Positions 1 to 9,268 of a DNA stretch of 64,000 nucleotides are shown piece after piece; positions within the stretch are counted from its first letter, which is position 1; each line of letters starts with the position of its first letter. The notes beneath the pieces were generated by a model, which did no database searches, had not been told where the DNA came from, and saw nothing but the letters and a program-made list of their open reading frames with translations. Source of the DNA: Shigella phage ChubbyThor; the sequence record OL615013; one strand, 5' to 3'. The position numbers and the translations under genes are program-made.

Positions 1-356
1 TCTTGGTCGGTCAACAACTTGATGGCGACATTGGCATAGCACTTGCGATTCTTACAACCTTCGCGATCACCAACTGTCTTCACCTTGTTCTGAAAGGCTC
101 CCATGTTGGCCGCCTTGAGACCGTAGCGCATTGACACTACATCTTCACCAGCACGGCTCTCTCGCCAAGATATGGCAGCCAGGGTGTAACCAAGATCTTG
201 TGTCTTGCCTATGTGATAGGCAGTTGCCAGCGTATTAAGTTGTTGCTCGGAGAAATCATAAACACATTGACTTGTATTTTGGGAAGCGTGCACATTCCCG
301 CTGGCAATGGTAAAGGTCACGGACAAGGCCATGGCCTTCAACGTTGTCATCGTCAT
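1..356 (-). CDS. partial CDS (N-terminal 118 codons; 3' end lies beyond the left window edge): secreted protein with signal peptide, weak lytic-transglycosylase-like motif
   Basis: ATG at 354-356 on minus strand preceded by AAGGAA SD; frame open to position 1; N-terminus MTMTTLKAMALSVTFTIASGNVHA is signal-peptide-like; AISWRES motif resembles SLT catalytic E-S; not in ORF track because truncated. Confidence 0.45.
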   Translation of the reverse strand, partial: MTMTTLKAMALSVTFTIASGNVHASQNTSQCVYDFSEQQLNTLATAYHIGKTQDLGYTLAAISWRESRAGEDVVSMRYGLKAANMGAFQNKVKTVGDREGCKNRKCYANVAIKLLTDQ

Positions 357-436
357 GATGGCGTTCCTTATGTGGATTGTCGACTTGCAGCTCGCTTGAG
401 CCTCCTGACAGGGGTTAAAAGATAAAGGGCACGTGG

Positions 437-443
437 TATTTAG
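437..443 (-). promoter_or_regulatory. CTAAATA late-promoter-like motif, inside a 9-bp hairpin, upstream of left-edge gene
   Basis: plus-strand tatttag at 437-443 within AAAGGGCAC...GTGCCCTTT (424-451). Confidence 0.35.
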
Positions 444-455
444 TGCCCTTTGGCC

Positions 456-734
456 TCATTCATAGATGAGGTGGTAGGATTCTTCGATGCACTCCAGCCA
501 GCCGTAGACGAACTGTAGAGGGTCATCCCAGTCACACGCCTTGCCGATCGTGAACTGACCGTCTAGACAATCCCCGCGCTCGTAGAAGTTCACGGTGCCA
601 TCAATCGTGATAACGTTTCCAGTCTGCATCACTGTTTTGACACCAACCGCAACCTTGTGGTGTTTATGTTTCGCATTCCAGGTATCAGCAGCAATCTGGC
701 CTGCCGAAAACAGTTCAACGTTGTCTTCTTTCAT
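456..734 (-). CDS. hypothetical protein (92 aa)
   Basis: ORF track; compact spacing with neighbours. Confidence 0.4.
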   Translation of the reverse strand: MKEDNVELFSAGQIAADTWNAKHKHHKVAVGVKTVMQTGNVITIDGTVNFYERGDCLDGQFTIGKACDWDDPLQFVYGWLECIEESYHLIYE

Positions 735-1044
735 ACGTTTGTCTCAGGTGTTCAGTAAAGGATTTACCCAGCTTGCGGAATAGTTTAATACGACCAATGA
801 CTTTGACGTAAACATCTCCGTGGCAGGGGCGTGGCTTACACCAGCACCCCAATACCTTCCCGTCAAGCTCAAGGAGTTCATCCTCGGTGATATCCCCTTC
901 AATCAGGCGCACATACAGGTCTTCTTCAAACAGTTCGATGCAGACGCCTCGTCCATGGTCTTTGACCTCGAACGGGTTCCCCCATTTACCAGGCCGACCA
1001 ATGTAGACGTCATATGGCTCCTTCTTGAAGTGGACGACTTTCAT
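715..1044 (-). CDS. DUF4326-like phage protein
   Basis: Start moved to internal ATG (MKVVHFKKEPYDVYIGRPGKWGNPF...GCWCKPRPCHGD), pattern recalled as DUF4326; ATGA overlap with upstream small ORF. Confidence 0.5.
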   Translation of the reverse strand: MKVVHFKKEPYDVYIGRPGKWGNPFEVKDHGRGVCIELFEEDLYVRLIEGDITEDELLELDGKVLGCWCKPRPCHGDVYVKVIGRIKLFRKLGKSFTEHLRQTYERRQR

Positions 1045-1214
1045 TTGAAGATCTCTACAGCGAACCCAATCGCGAAGTAGAGGGCGGCCACGCCGATAAG
1101 AGAGCAGCACACCATCTCCCTGACTTTGGACTCCCTGCTCATCTCGTATACCCCCAGTAACGCGTCAAAGAACATGAAGACACTAATGGCCAACAACAGA
1201 TGATCCCAGTTCAT
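1041..1214 (-). CDS. small hydrophobic membrane protein (57 aa, two predicted TM segments)
   Basis: Not in ORF track (short); ATG at 1212-1214 overlaps stop of 1211..1525 ORF (ATGA) and its own TGA overlaps ATG of DUF4326 gene; translation MNWDHLLLAISVFMFFDALLGVYEMSRESKVREMVCCSLIGVAALYFAIGFAVEIFK. Confidence 0.45.
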   Translation of the reverse strand: MNWDHLLLAISVFMFFDALLGVYEMSRESKVREMVCCSLIGVAALYFAIGFAVEIFK

Positions 1215-1525
1215 GACATATCCTCATGGTTAGACAGACTGATCAAGAAGGACAGATTCCGGTCATGTATGAGGTCAATGGCCTTGCGGCTGCCCACGGC
1301 ATCACATGTCCAACAACTGTAATTCCCCGCGATCTTCAATGCTAATCTGACGACATGGCGTCTCATATTGTACTGAGCCAACTGATATCGGGCACGTGTC
1401 TTCTTGCGCCAGCACTGATTCTCAGCAATGTATTTGTAGAGAATCATCAACCGGACGGCTTTGTACAGGCGCTTTTCAGCGCCCTTGGATTTCTTTGAAA
1501 CACGGATCAGACTACCCATGATCAA
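1211..1525 (-). CDS. hypothetical basic protein (104 aa)
   Basis: ORF track; start overlaps end of gp46 ORF. Confidence 0.4.
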   Translation of the reverse strand: MIMGSLIRVSKKSKGAEKRLYKAVRLMILYKYIAENQCWRKKTRARYQLAQYNMRRHVVRLALKIAGNYSCWTCDAVGSRKAIDLIHDRNLSFLISLSNHEDMS

Positions 1526-3858
1526 TCCTTCTTGATAACTTCGGTCAGGCCGTTGCGCAGGCCATAGCGGATGTTGTGAGGGAAGTACTCTTGGAACTCC
1601 TGCTCACGCTGACTGATGACAAACAGGTTGTTCCCGCCGAACTTATGCTTCAGCATCTCAACCGATTCCTGCACCCCGCGCTCGCTCATGTTCTCAAGGA
1701 TTTCGTCCAGGACAAACAGGTTACATTGCACCGATGCCTTGAGGTTAGCCACGTCACGCAGAGCTAATGTCACAGCCAGGTTCAGGCGGCTGCGCTGGCC
1801 AGTAGACAGGGAGAAGATGCTCTGTCCCTTGCGGCCTGCTGCGCTCATGGTGATCTCAAAGGTATCGTCAACAACGATGTCCAGGAACATGTTGAGGGCT
1901 TCAAGATACTCGTTGATCTTGCTATTGAGGAATGGCAAGTACAGGGCGATGATACGCGCCTTGGTCTGGTCATCCTTCAGGAAGAATAACAGGTGCTGTA
2001 GATCCTGGAGTTCCTCATCTGCATCTTCACGTAGTTCATACAGAGCCTCCAGTTCACCTTCCAACGCAGCGATAGAGTTCTCCAGGTCGGCGGTAGGCGT
2101 CGGCTGTACAGCCAATTTACGCTCCAGATCGGCAATGGACGCCACGAGAGGAGCACGACGGGCTTTCAGCTCGGCGATCTTATCATCGACGGCTTTAATC
2201 CCGCTGACGGCATTCTCTCGCGTCTGTTGCAGCGACGCAGTGATATCTTCAAAACGAACGTTCAGCGCCTTGCGGATGTCAAGAATCTTCTGTTGGCATT
2301 CACGGTTCAGCGAATTACACTCAATCGTGGCCGCTTCATGGAAGCCCTGAATGTCACGGTGCAGCTGCTTGATGTTGTCAACGATTTCGTCGGCCTGCTT
2401 GCGCATTGCATCCAGTTCGGCATCCAACACAGCAATGTCAGCAACCAGCTTGTCGTCCTGAGCCTTGTGACCATCAATCAGGGTTGTGACATCGGCAGTG
2501 ACCTTATCCAGCTGATCCAACTTCGCCTGCAGTTCCTGTATCTGAGGGCTGTACTCGCTCTCAATGCGCGCTTTGGTATCGTCGGACACCAGCTGGGTGC
2601 ATGTTGGGCAAGTCCCCATATCGTGGAAGCGCTTGATGGCCGCTTGATGACCATCCATTTCTGTTTGGAAACGGATACGGAAGTTCTCACCCTGTTGGCG
2701 GCGCTGGATAGCAGCGTTCAGGGTGTCCAGGTTGGCGTTGCGTTCGGTGAGCAGGGTGTTCTTGCTTTCGGCCACTGTAAAGGCACGGTCACGCAAGACC
2801 TGAAGATCATGCTCCGCAGTAGACACTTCGATGCGCTCATAATCATCGGCCTTTTCCTGAGCGGCATCCTTCACCGCCTGGATCTTGGCTTCAAAGTCTT
2901 TCTTGACAGCCTCGATCTCCACCATGGATTCGTCATGAAGGCGGCTTTCCACCGTCTTCATTTCCTGAGTGGCTTCGAATTCCACGGCAGTGAGACGGGT
3001 TCGTTCTTCATTCTGGGCAGCGATGTCTGCATCCAGGGAATTCAGGGCTTCCTGTTGCTGTACAAGGATATCGGCCGACTGCTGTTGGATAAGGGCATTG
3101 GATTGCTCTATCTGCTGCAGCTGCGTCTTCTTGTTGGTGTGGTCAACAACCTTCAACGCACATTCATTCGCGATCGTGTCCAGCTTTTCGTTCGCTTTCT
3201 TGATGGATGCCTTGACATCTTCGTTCATCAGGCTGAAGAAGCCCAAGTCCCAGATAGTCTCCACCATGGCGCGGCGGTCGGCTGTGTACATCTCCGTGAA
3301 CGGAATGAACTTCTCTTTGCCCAGCACCAGAGAGTTCTCAAACATCTTCTGGTCCACGCCGATGAGGTTCACGATGTACTTGTTCATGTCGGCTTTGGCT
3401 GCTTCGTTATCGATCTGCAACCACTTGCCGTCCACCATCTGGTAGACTTCAACAAAGTCAGGTTTAATGCCACGGCGAACCTTCCATTCGCTACCACGGC
3501 AGGCAAACTCCACCTCACCCACACATTCCTTGCGGCTCTGTGAGTTTACCAGGCCTGCCTTCTTCTCCTTCTTGCTGTACGTGTCGTTGTACAGTACGAA
3601 GAATAGCAACCACACCAGCATCGTGGATTTACCCGCGCCGTTATCGTCAGACGTGACGAGGGTAGCCGGGTTGCGCTGGTAATCAATCTCCATGAACTGA
3701 TTACCGATGGAGCGGAAGTTCTTTGCGCGGCCTTTGCGGAAGGTCAGTTTGTGCGTAATGTTGTCACGCACTTCAAATGGGACTTCGACCTCAACCGGAG
3801 TGTCGGCTTCCTTCAAAAGATTGCCAAATTTGGCCAGGATATCTGTGCTCTGAGTCAT
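1522..3858 (-). CDS. 46: recombination endonuclease subunit, SbcC/Rad50-like ATPase (T4 gp46-like)
   Basis: Walker A GAGKSTML near N-terminus, long coiled-coil middle with CPTC zinc-hook-like motif, C-terminal ABC signature region; adjacent to Mre11-like gene as in T4 46-47. Confidence 0.85.
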   Translation of the reverse strand: MTQSTDILAKFGNLLKEADTPVEVEVPFEVRDNITHKLTFRKGRAKNFRSIGNQFMEIDYQRNPATLVTSDDNGAGKSTMLVWLLFFVLYNDTYSKKEKKAGLVNSQSRKECVGEVEFACRGSEWKVRRGIKPDFVEVYQMVDGKWLQIDNEAAKADMNKYIVNLIGVDQKMFENSLVLGKEKFIPFTEMYTADRRAMVETIWDLGFFSLMNEDVKASIKKANEKLDTIANECALKVVDHTNKKTQLQQIEQSNALIQQQSADILVQQQEALNSLDADIAAQNEERTRLTAVEFEATQEMKTVESRLHDESMVEIEAVKKDFEAKIQAVKDAAQEKADDYERIEVSTAEHDLQVLRDRAFTVAESKNTLLTERNANLDTLNAAIQRRQQGENFRIRFQTEMDGHQAAIKRFHDMGTCPTCTQLVSDDTKARIESEYSPQIQELQAKLDQLDKVTADVTTLIDGHKAQDDKLVADIAVLDAELDAMRKQADEIVDNIKQLHRDIQGFHEAATIECNSLNRECQQKILDIRKALNVRFEDITASLQQTRENAVSGIKAVDDKIAELKARRAPLVASIADLERKLAVQPTPTADLENSIAALEGELEALYELREDADEELQDLQHLLFFLKDDQTKARIIALYLPFLNSKINEYLEALNMFLDIVVDDTFEITMSAAGRKGQSIFSLSTGQRSRLNLAVTLALRDVANLKASVQCNLFVLDEILENMSERGVQESVEMLKHKFGGNNLFVISQREQEFQEYFPHNIRYGLRNGLTEVIKKD

Positions 3859-3859
3859 G

Positions 3860-4975
3860 TTATGCGTCCAGTTTGTTCAGGCGTTGTTGGGCAGCATTGT
3901 AGAAGTGCTCTGCCAGTTTACAGACGTTGTCAGGGCGCTGGATGTTGTTCCCGGCGCGGATATCCTTCTTCAGGACTTCCACTGCATCGGTTGCCACCAT
4001 CTCTTCGGTGACCTCAACCTTCTCAGCCGCCACGGTGATAGTCCGGTCGATGAAGTTGTAGTCAATGCACTTGCAGCGCTTCATGGCATCACAGAACTTT
4101 TCATAATGCTTAGCATTGTCGCGGTTCTGTACGATAACCTTAACGATCTGTCCTTCAATACCCAAGCCTGTGTTCAGCCATTCCGGGTCGATCCAGTTAC
4201 CCTCATCGTCTGAGGACAACTTGGTGTAGTCATACTCCACATAGCGGAACAACGTCTGGTGCTCGCTGTTGGGGATGAATACCTCGCCGCCGCGCATATC
4301 GTCTACATAGAAACCACGGTTGGTGCCGTCTTTGTAGTCTTCCCAGTTCAGGTGATACGGAGTCCCAATATATTGAATGTTACCTTCCATCGAACGGGTA
4401 TGGAAATGTCCCGTGTCGACCCTGGTAAACTTGGAAAGCAGAGCAACGTCGATCTGACCGTGATCACAAGTAGAAGACTGGTACATTTTGAACCCTGCCA
4501 GCTCCAGATGCGCAAAACAGTACTCGGCGTCTGTATCTTGTATCGCTTTAATAGACGCATCATAGTTCTCCTTGTTGATCCAAGGCAGCAGCAGAGTCTT
4601 GACACCCTCGATCATCACTTCGGTCGGTTCGCTGTAGTAGCAGTACACATCTGGGTCGAGTTCGTTCAGGTAGGATGGCCAGTTGATGCGGTTGGACTCT
4701 TCCAGGGTGATGTCGTGGTTGCCAACAATGCCATTCCACTTGATGTCAGCCGCTTTCAGCGCTGGAGTTAATTCATCCTTCAGCCAGTCTTTGTCGCGCC
4801 CGTACATGAATTTTCGGACGTCAAACGTGTCACCCAATTGCCAGACCTCATGGATGTCCGAGTCGACAAGCTCGGGGATGAAATAGTTGATGAGGTAGTT
4901 CTTGATGAAGTCGCGAACGTAACGGGAACCATTACGGCTCCCGATATGCAGATCGCCTATTTTAGCAATCGCCAT
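3860..4975 (-). CDS. 47: recombination endonuclease subunit, SbcD/Mre11-like nuclease (T4 gp47-like)
   Basis: Calcineurin-like phosphoesterase motifs GDLHIG, GDTFD, GNHD; directly downstream of gp46-like gene. Confidence 0.85.
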   Translation of the reverse strand: MAIAKIGDLHIGSRNGSRYVRDFIKNYLINYFIPELVDSDIHEVWQLGDTFDVRKFMYGRDKDWLKDELTPALKAADIKWNGIVGNHDITLEESNRINWPSYLNELDPDVYCYYSEPTEVMIEGVKTLLLPWINKENYDASIKAIQDTDAEYCFAHLELAGFKMYQSSTCDHGQIDVALLSKFTRVDTGHFHTRSMEGNIQYIGTPYHLNWEDYKDGTNRGFYVDDMRGGEVFIPNSEHQTLFRYVEYDYTKLSSDDEGNWIDPEWLNTGLGIEGQIVKVIVQNRDNAKHYEKFCDAMKRCKCIDYNFIDRTITVAAEKVEVTEEMVATDAVEVLKKDIRAGNNIQRPDNVCKLAEHFYNAAQQRLNKLDA

Positions 4976-5703
4976 TATTCTGTTTCTCCTTCGGTTTCGT
5001 CCAAATCGAATTGGGTTTTGCCAAAGTCCTGATCTGAATTGTCTTCGGCCTGCGCTGTTACCGTATTCTTAGCCTGCGCCATGTATTGAAGTATGCCTTT
5101 CGCAATCTTTTTATTCGATTCTGCGAGACGAGCCGCCTCCACCTTCTCTCGCTCCTTCTGCCTTTGAGCGTCCTTTTTGTTCTCAAAGTTACCGATACGT
5201 TCACGGAAGTCCATGCCAATCCCTGTCGCGTCAACAAAGATCTCTTGTTGGAAGTCGGGATCGTCTGCCAGGCCTGCGAACCCACCCGCCTCTTCAAATG
5301 AGCGCAATTTGATGTACGTGTGTTCTTCTTCGATGTTCAGTTTACGAGCAAATGAGCGATCCGCACACATGGTCACCCAAGAGAAGAAGTTGATCTTCCC
5401 TTTCTTTCCAATGTGGTCGACGTCAAAGGTGTGGAGGTAACGCAGGATGTTGACGATTGCTTCAGAGACCATGTCTTCACGGAAGGGATAGTCGCGATAG
5501 TTGTAGCGGGTGCTCATCTTGGTGATGATGCGCTGGACCTGTAGAGCAACATAGTTGGGGATCTTTGGAAGCCTGGTGCCTTCAGCCAGAGCCTTCTTAC
5601 GAGCAGGGATCCAATCACGAAGGATACTGATGACACGCTCGTTATCTTCGTCCGTGAAATATTTGACGACATTCTCGCCACGATCAACATAATTCATACC
5701 CAT
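4975..5703 (-). CDS. 55: late-transcription sigma factor (T4 gp55-like) with C-terminal extension
   Basis: Recalled similarity to T4 gp55 (ILRDWI, YNYRDYPFREDMVSEAIVNILRYLHTFD, FFSWVTMCADRSFARKLNIEEE); T4-like 47-55 synteny. Confidence 0.75.
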   Translation of the reverse strand: MGMNYVDRGENVVKYFTDEDNERVISILRDWIPARKKALAEGTRLPKIPNYVALQVQRIITKMSTRYNYRDYPFREDMVSEAIVNILRYLHTFDVDHIGKKGKINFFSWVTMCADRSFARKLNIEEEHTYIKLRSFEEAGGFAGLADDPDFQQEIFVDATGIGMDFRERIGNFENKKDAQRQKEREKVEAARLAESNKKIAKGILQYMAQAKNTVTAQAEDNSDQDFGKTQFDLDETEGETE

Positions 5704-5714
5704 TGTGGGAACCC

Positions 5715-6242
5715 TCAGATACCGATAAATTCATCAAAAGATCCAACAACCTTCTTCACTGAGATCTTGTCATTCTCAATCAGGAAGTTGCTGTCGTTTT
5801 TGGCTGCTGTGGCCCAGTCATCGGCAAGTTCGTTACCTTCGTGCCCCGCATGACCCTTAACCCATTTTAGTTCAACTTCACAAATTGAACAAACGAGATC
5901 ATAGATTCTGAACAGATCTTTGATGAGTTCAACGTTCTTGTCTGGGAAGCCCTGATACTCCCACTTCGCTCGCCATTCGGTGACGCTCTTGATGGTGTAT
6001 TGACTGTCAGACCAAATTGTTGCCTTTGGTATTCTGCGCTCACCCTTTCCTGAGAATGCCCACAGCAGCTTCAATGCGTTGGTCACACCCAACAACTCGG
6101 CGATGTTGTTGGTGGACGGGGGAGGTAGGTGACCGAAGAACACCTTCCATTGCATACCCGATATTGGCCTGATGACAAATGCCCATCCTGCGGCCTGGTT
6201 GGTCTTCGGGTTAGAACCCCCGTCAGAATAAATTTCTATCAT
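5715..6242 (-). CDS. ribonuclease HI (RnhA-type)
   Basis: SDGGS near N-terminus and GHAGHEGNELAD motif; start moved from track position to ATG at 6240-6242 (MIEIYSDGG...). Confidence 0.75.
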   Translation of the reverse strand: MIEIYSDGGSNPKTNQAAGWAFVIRPISGMQWKVFFGHLPPPSTNNIAELLGVTNALKLLWAFSGKGERRIPKATIWSDSQYTIKSVTEWRAKWEYQGFPDKNVELIKDLFRIYDLVCSICEVELKWVKGHAGHEGNELADDWATAAKNDSNFLIENDKISVKKVVGSFDEFIGI

Positions 6243-6244
6243 GA

Positions 6245-6252
6245 TATAAATA
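6245..6252 (+). promoter_or_regulatory. exact T4-type late-promoter octamer TATAAATA, about 36 nt upstream of the plus-strand gene at 6288
   Basis: tataaata read directly at 6245-6252 in the divergent intergenic region. Confidence 0.3.
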
Positions 6253-6287
6253 TCCCAAACTGGTTTTATAGAAAGAGGAATGAAACT

Positions 6288-7055
6288 ATGGCACCCCGCG
6301 CATATCGTTTCAGTCTCACCGCCCCGCAGATTGAGCAATTGCTCCTTTCTATCAATGATGCTATCAAGTCAGAAGATATCATCTATGATTATGCTGCAGG
6401 TGGGACTGTTGGGCAAGTCGCAGCAGCGTCTGCCGTCAAGAACATGTGGTTGAAGCTCAACGAGATGGTAACAGGCCAAGGCCTCAAAGATGCCATCAAC
6501 GCTGCAGAAGACAGCAACGTGTTCACCGACTATTATAAGTCTTTACTGGATCGCGAAGGCTGGAAATTTATTGGGTCTCCGGCAGATGAACTTGAGCGAG
6601 GCGACATCGACACCGCGAACTTCACGGGTGGTGAGGTCATTCTACTTCAGAAGAACGCTTCAGGCAACCCCGAATTCCAATACTGGAAGCGTACCCCGGT
6701 TGCTGGGGGTGATCCGACCTTCGCCTGGGCTTCGGTCTATGAAGGGAACTCCAACGACTCCAGCATCGAAATCCCGGTGATTGGCACCAGCGTCCTCAAA
6801 GACATTCCCAAGGCTCTCTTCCATATGGTGGAGTTCCGGGTTCATGTCTATGATGAAACGCTGGGGCACTGGCAAGATACAGATGGCAAGGTGGGGTATC
6901 GTGGCGAGGATCTGTTCTACAGCACGTATAACCATGTGCAGACCAAACCGCTCGCCACCATTGACTTCAGTCAAGACACAGATAGCATGACAGTCTCTGT
7001 GACTTCCCTGGAGCCGAATGTCAAATGCCATCTGTCGTTTATCGCTGGTTACTAA
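6288..7055 (+). CDS. hypothetical protein (255 aa), plus-strand gene
   Basis: ATG at 6288 with AGAGGA SD 8 nt upstream; divergent from RNase H gene; track ORF 6129..7055 trimmed to this ATG. Confidence 0.55.
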   Translation: MAPRAYRFSLTAPQIEQLLLSINDAIKSEDIIYDYAAGGTVGQVAAASAVKNMWLKLNEMVTGQGLKDAINAAEDSNVFTDYYKSLLDREGWKFIGSPADELERGDIDTANFTGGEVILLQKNASGNPEFQYWKRTPVAGGDPTFAWASVYEGNSNDSSIEIPVIGTSVLKDIPKALFHMVEFRVHVYDETLGHWQDTDGKVGYRGEDLFYSTYNHVQTKPLATIDFSQDTDSMTVSVTSLEPNVKCHLSFIAGY

Positions 7056-8770
7056 ACCTCAAACACGGCATCAGTAAACCAAGCGGGGAAGAACTCTGGG
7101 TTGCGCATCATCAGTGATTCAAAAGAAGAATCAAGGATGTATGTCGCAGCCCAGTCATTCACGCCCCTGACCGAACGCCCGCACATCTGAACGATACGCA
7201 GTACCGCCATCCTGAAGTACGCCGATGGGTCTACACTGTTGACGTGAGCCACCAGAGGATCACCAAGGTAATCGTATGGAACCTTGATCAAGATCTGAAA
7301 TCGGCTGTAATCGCCTTTGAAGTCATACCCCTCTTCCATAGCCGGACTGGCGATGACACAAGGCGTCTTCGTCCGGAACGCGTGTTCCATGATGTCCATC
7401 AGAGCCTTACGAGTACGAGGAACGTGAATCATATTCCGGTACTTGCTAAACTTCTGTAGAGCCAGGGCGCGGTCATAGCTGACGGTGTGGATGATACCAG
7501 ACTGACCGGGGTGGAATGCGATGATCTCGTCCACGTATTCAGCCAGCTTCTTCATCTCATAGTCACCCATGTTGGACGACATCTTCATGACGGGCATGTA
7601 GTTGACTTTGCGGTTCTCAATCGGGATAGGGTTGCCGATCTGAATCTTGTGGTACTCACCATCACGGATACCCAGTGACCGAGCGTACGAGTCAATCCCA
7701 CAAATGGTCGCCGACATGTGAACATGATAGTCACCCTTGCGGAACAGGCCGAACTGAGACACATCAGAGGCAATGACAGGCTTGAACTGGATCATGCCCT
7801 TGTCCTTCTCCTGCACGATGAAGGTGCTGGCGTTGGTCTGCCCCATGATACCACAGTAGTCACTGAGGTTGTGAAGGGTGTCAATGATGTCAGACAACTT
7901 CATCACCTGGGCTTCAGTCAGGCGCTCGTCCTCTACCAGTTCCTCAAGGGTTTCTAAGAGGGCTTCAACCTTGTCATGCAGGTCGTCAAAGATCGCATGC
8001 ATCTCACCTGTCAGTGAGTACAGCTTACCCAACTCGTAATTCTCTGTGCGTCTGACGATATCCGTGATGATCTCCACGATAGGCACCCCCTCGGGGATTG
8101 TCAGCAACCCCCTTACAGCATTTATGCTGTATTCCATGATCGTGTGCTCTAGGAGCGTAGAGGGCATTTTATGGCACTCGTCAAGGATCAGCATATCGGC
8201 GCGGTTTTCCGGCTTCATACAGATCGTCGTGCACATCTCCACCATCATGGCGGCGTTGGTGCAGCGCAGAGAAGAGATGTCCGTCCAAAGACGACGAGCC
8301 TGAACATATGGGCAACGATTTTTATTACAGTGGCCATCTCGGCATGCCATACGGCACTGGATAGCGTTGTAATACAGGTCAGGACTGATATGACAACGAT
8401 AGTTCTTCTTGCCCTTCAGGATGTCTATCGCCACGGCTTTCTCCGCCGCATACTGATCTTGTAACCCTTTGGTCGGCGTCGTGATAGACGTGCGGAACTG
8501 ACCATACGGATTGCGCTCAAGAACCAGATGGCGAAGCACGTTATGGATGGTAGTGCCAATGAGGGATTTGCCCACACCAGTCGGAGCCTCGATGATCACG
8601 TGTTTGAATTTCTTATTCACAAGGGCATCAACGGCTTCAACGATGCACTCCATCTGGCCGGGGTTGGCGGTGTCGTATGGGAAGGACTCAGTGGCAAGAG
8701 ACTTGATGCGGTCTATGCTAACTGGTCCGACGCCATCAAGCGCCTTGGTATATTGGTTGAATGCTGTCAC
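7052..8770 (-). CDS. DinG/XPD-like superfamily-2 DNA helicase with Fe-S cluster
   Basis: Walker A APTGVGKS, DECH box, four-cysteine cluster CRMACRDGHCNKNRCPY between them. Confidence 0.7.
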   Translation of the reverse strand: MTAFNQYTKALDGVGPVSIDRIKSLATESFPYDTANPGQMECIVEAVDALVNKKFKHVIIEAPTGVGKSLIGTTIHNVLRHLVLERNPYGQFRTSITTPTKGLQDQYAAEKAVAIDILKGKKNYRCHISPDLYYNAIQCRMACRDGHCNKNRCPYVQARRLWTDISSLRCTNAAMMVEMCTTICMKPENRADMLILDECHKMPSTLLEHTIMEYSINAVRGLLTIPEGVPIVEIITDIVRRTENYELGKLYSLTGEMHAIFDDLHDKVEALLETLEELVEDERLTEAQVMKLSDIIDTLHNLSDYCGIMGQTNASTFIVQEKDKGMIQFKPVIASDVSQFGLFRKGDYHVHMSATICGIDSYARSLGIRDGEYHKIQIGNPIPIENRKVNYMPVMKMSSNMGDYEMKKLAEYVDEIIAFHPGQSGIIHTVSYDRALALQKFSKYRNMIHVPRTRKALMDIMEHAFRTKTPCVIASPAMEEGYDFKGDYSRFQILIKVPYDYLGDPLVAHVNSVDPSAYFRMAVLRIVQMCGRSVRGVNDWAATYILDSSFESLMMRNPEFFPAWFTDAVFEV

Positions 8771-8824
8771 TTTCTTCCTCCTATGGGATTCGCCTTTAGT
8801 TTAACCGATTCCCAGGAACGAAAA

Positions 8825-8847
8825 AGCCGGAGTACAATGCTCCGGCT
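8825..8847 (-). terminator. intrinsic terminator hairpin downstream of HU-like gene (works on either strand)
   Basis: AGCCGGAG / CTCCGGCT 8-bp stem with 7-nt loop, flanked by A5 upstream and TTCTCTTTT downstream. Confidence 0.6.
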
Positions 8848-8899
8848 TTCTCTTTTGTCACGCCCCCGCGTTGCAGAGGCCGGACCGAACCAGGTTGAA

Positions 8900-9178
8900 T
8901 TACTTGCCGTTGGCAGCGTTCTTCAGACCTTCGCCCACTTTAAATTTCACAACGTTTTTCGCTTCGATCTGAATGGTCTGACCGTTCAGAGGGTTACGAC
9001 CTTCACGAGCTTCCTGGTGCTTCACTTCGAACGCGCCGAAGCCGACCAGCTGTACAGATGCGCCTGCAGCAACTGCAGTTTTAACGCCGTCGATAAAGGA
9101 TGCCACTACTTTCTCCGCTTCGCCTTTGGTGATGTTCTGGGTCGAAGCAATGTGGGCAACAAATTCAGTACGATTCAT
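8900..9178 (-). CDS. HU/IHF-family DNA-binding protein
   Basis: Full-length HU-like sequence MNRTEFVAHIA...GFGAFEV...GRNPLNGQTIQIEAKNVVKFKVG. Confidence 0.85.
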   Translation of the reverse strand: MNRTEFVAHIASTQNITKGEAEKVVASFIDGVKTAVAAGASVQLVGFGAFEVKHQEAREGRNPLNGQTIQIEAKNVVKFKVGEGLKNAANGK

Positions 9179-9268
9179 CTGGATTTCTCCGTTGGGTTAA
9201 TGTTTACTTTCATGTTCACTACAAGAGGACTACAGTTTAACTAACAAATTTTATTGAATAAAGCGGAA

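Noticed and set aside
198-425. 75-aa plus-strand ORF near the left edge
   Set aside because: Overlaps the minus-strand signal-peptide gene that has an SD and an open frame to the window edge; its translation is Gly/His-rich and not protein-like.
1576-3543. Long plus-strand ORFs (1616..2350, 2227..3543, 2969..3445) inside the gp46-like gene
   Set aside because: They lie antisense to a gene with clear Walker A and coiled-coil features, have low-complexity Ser/Arg-rich translations and no SD; treated as frame artefacts.
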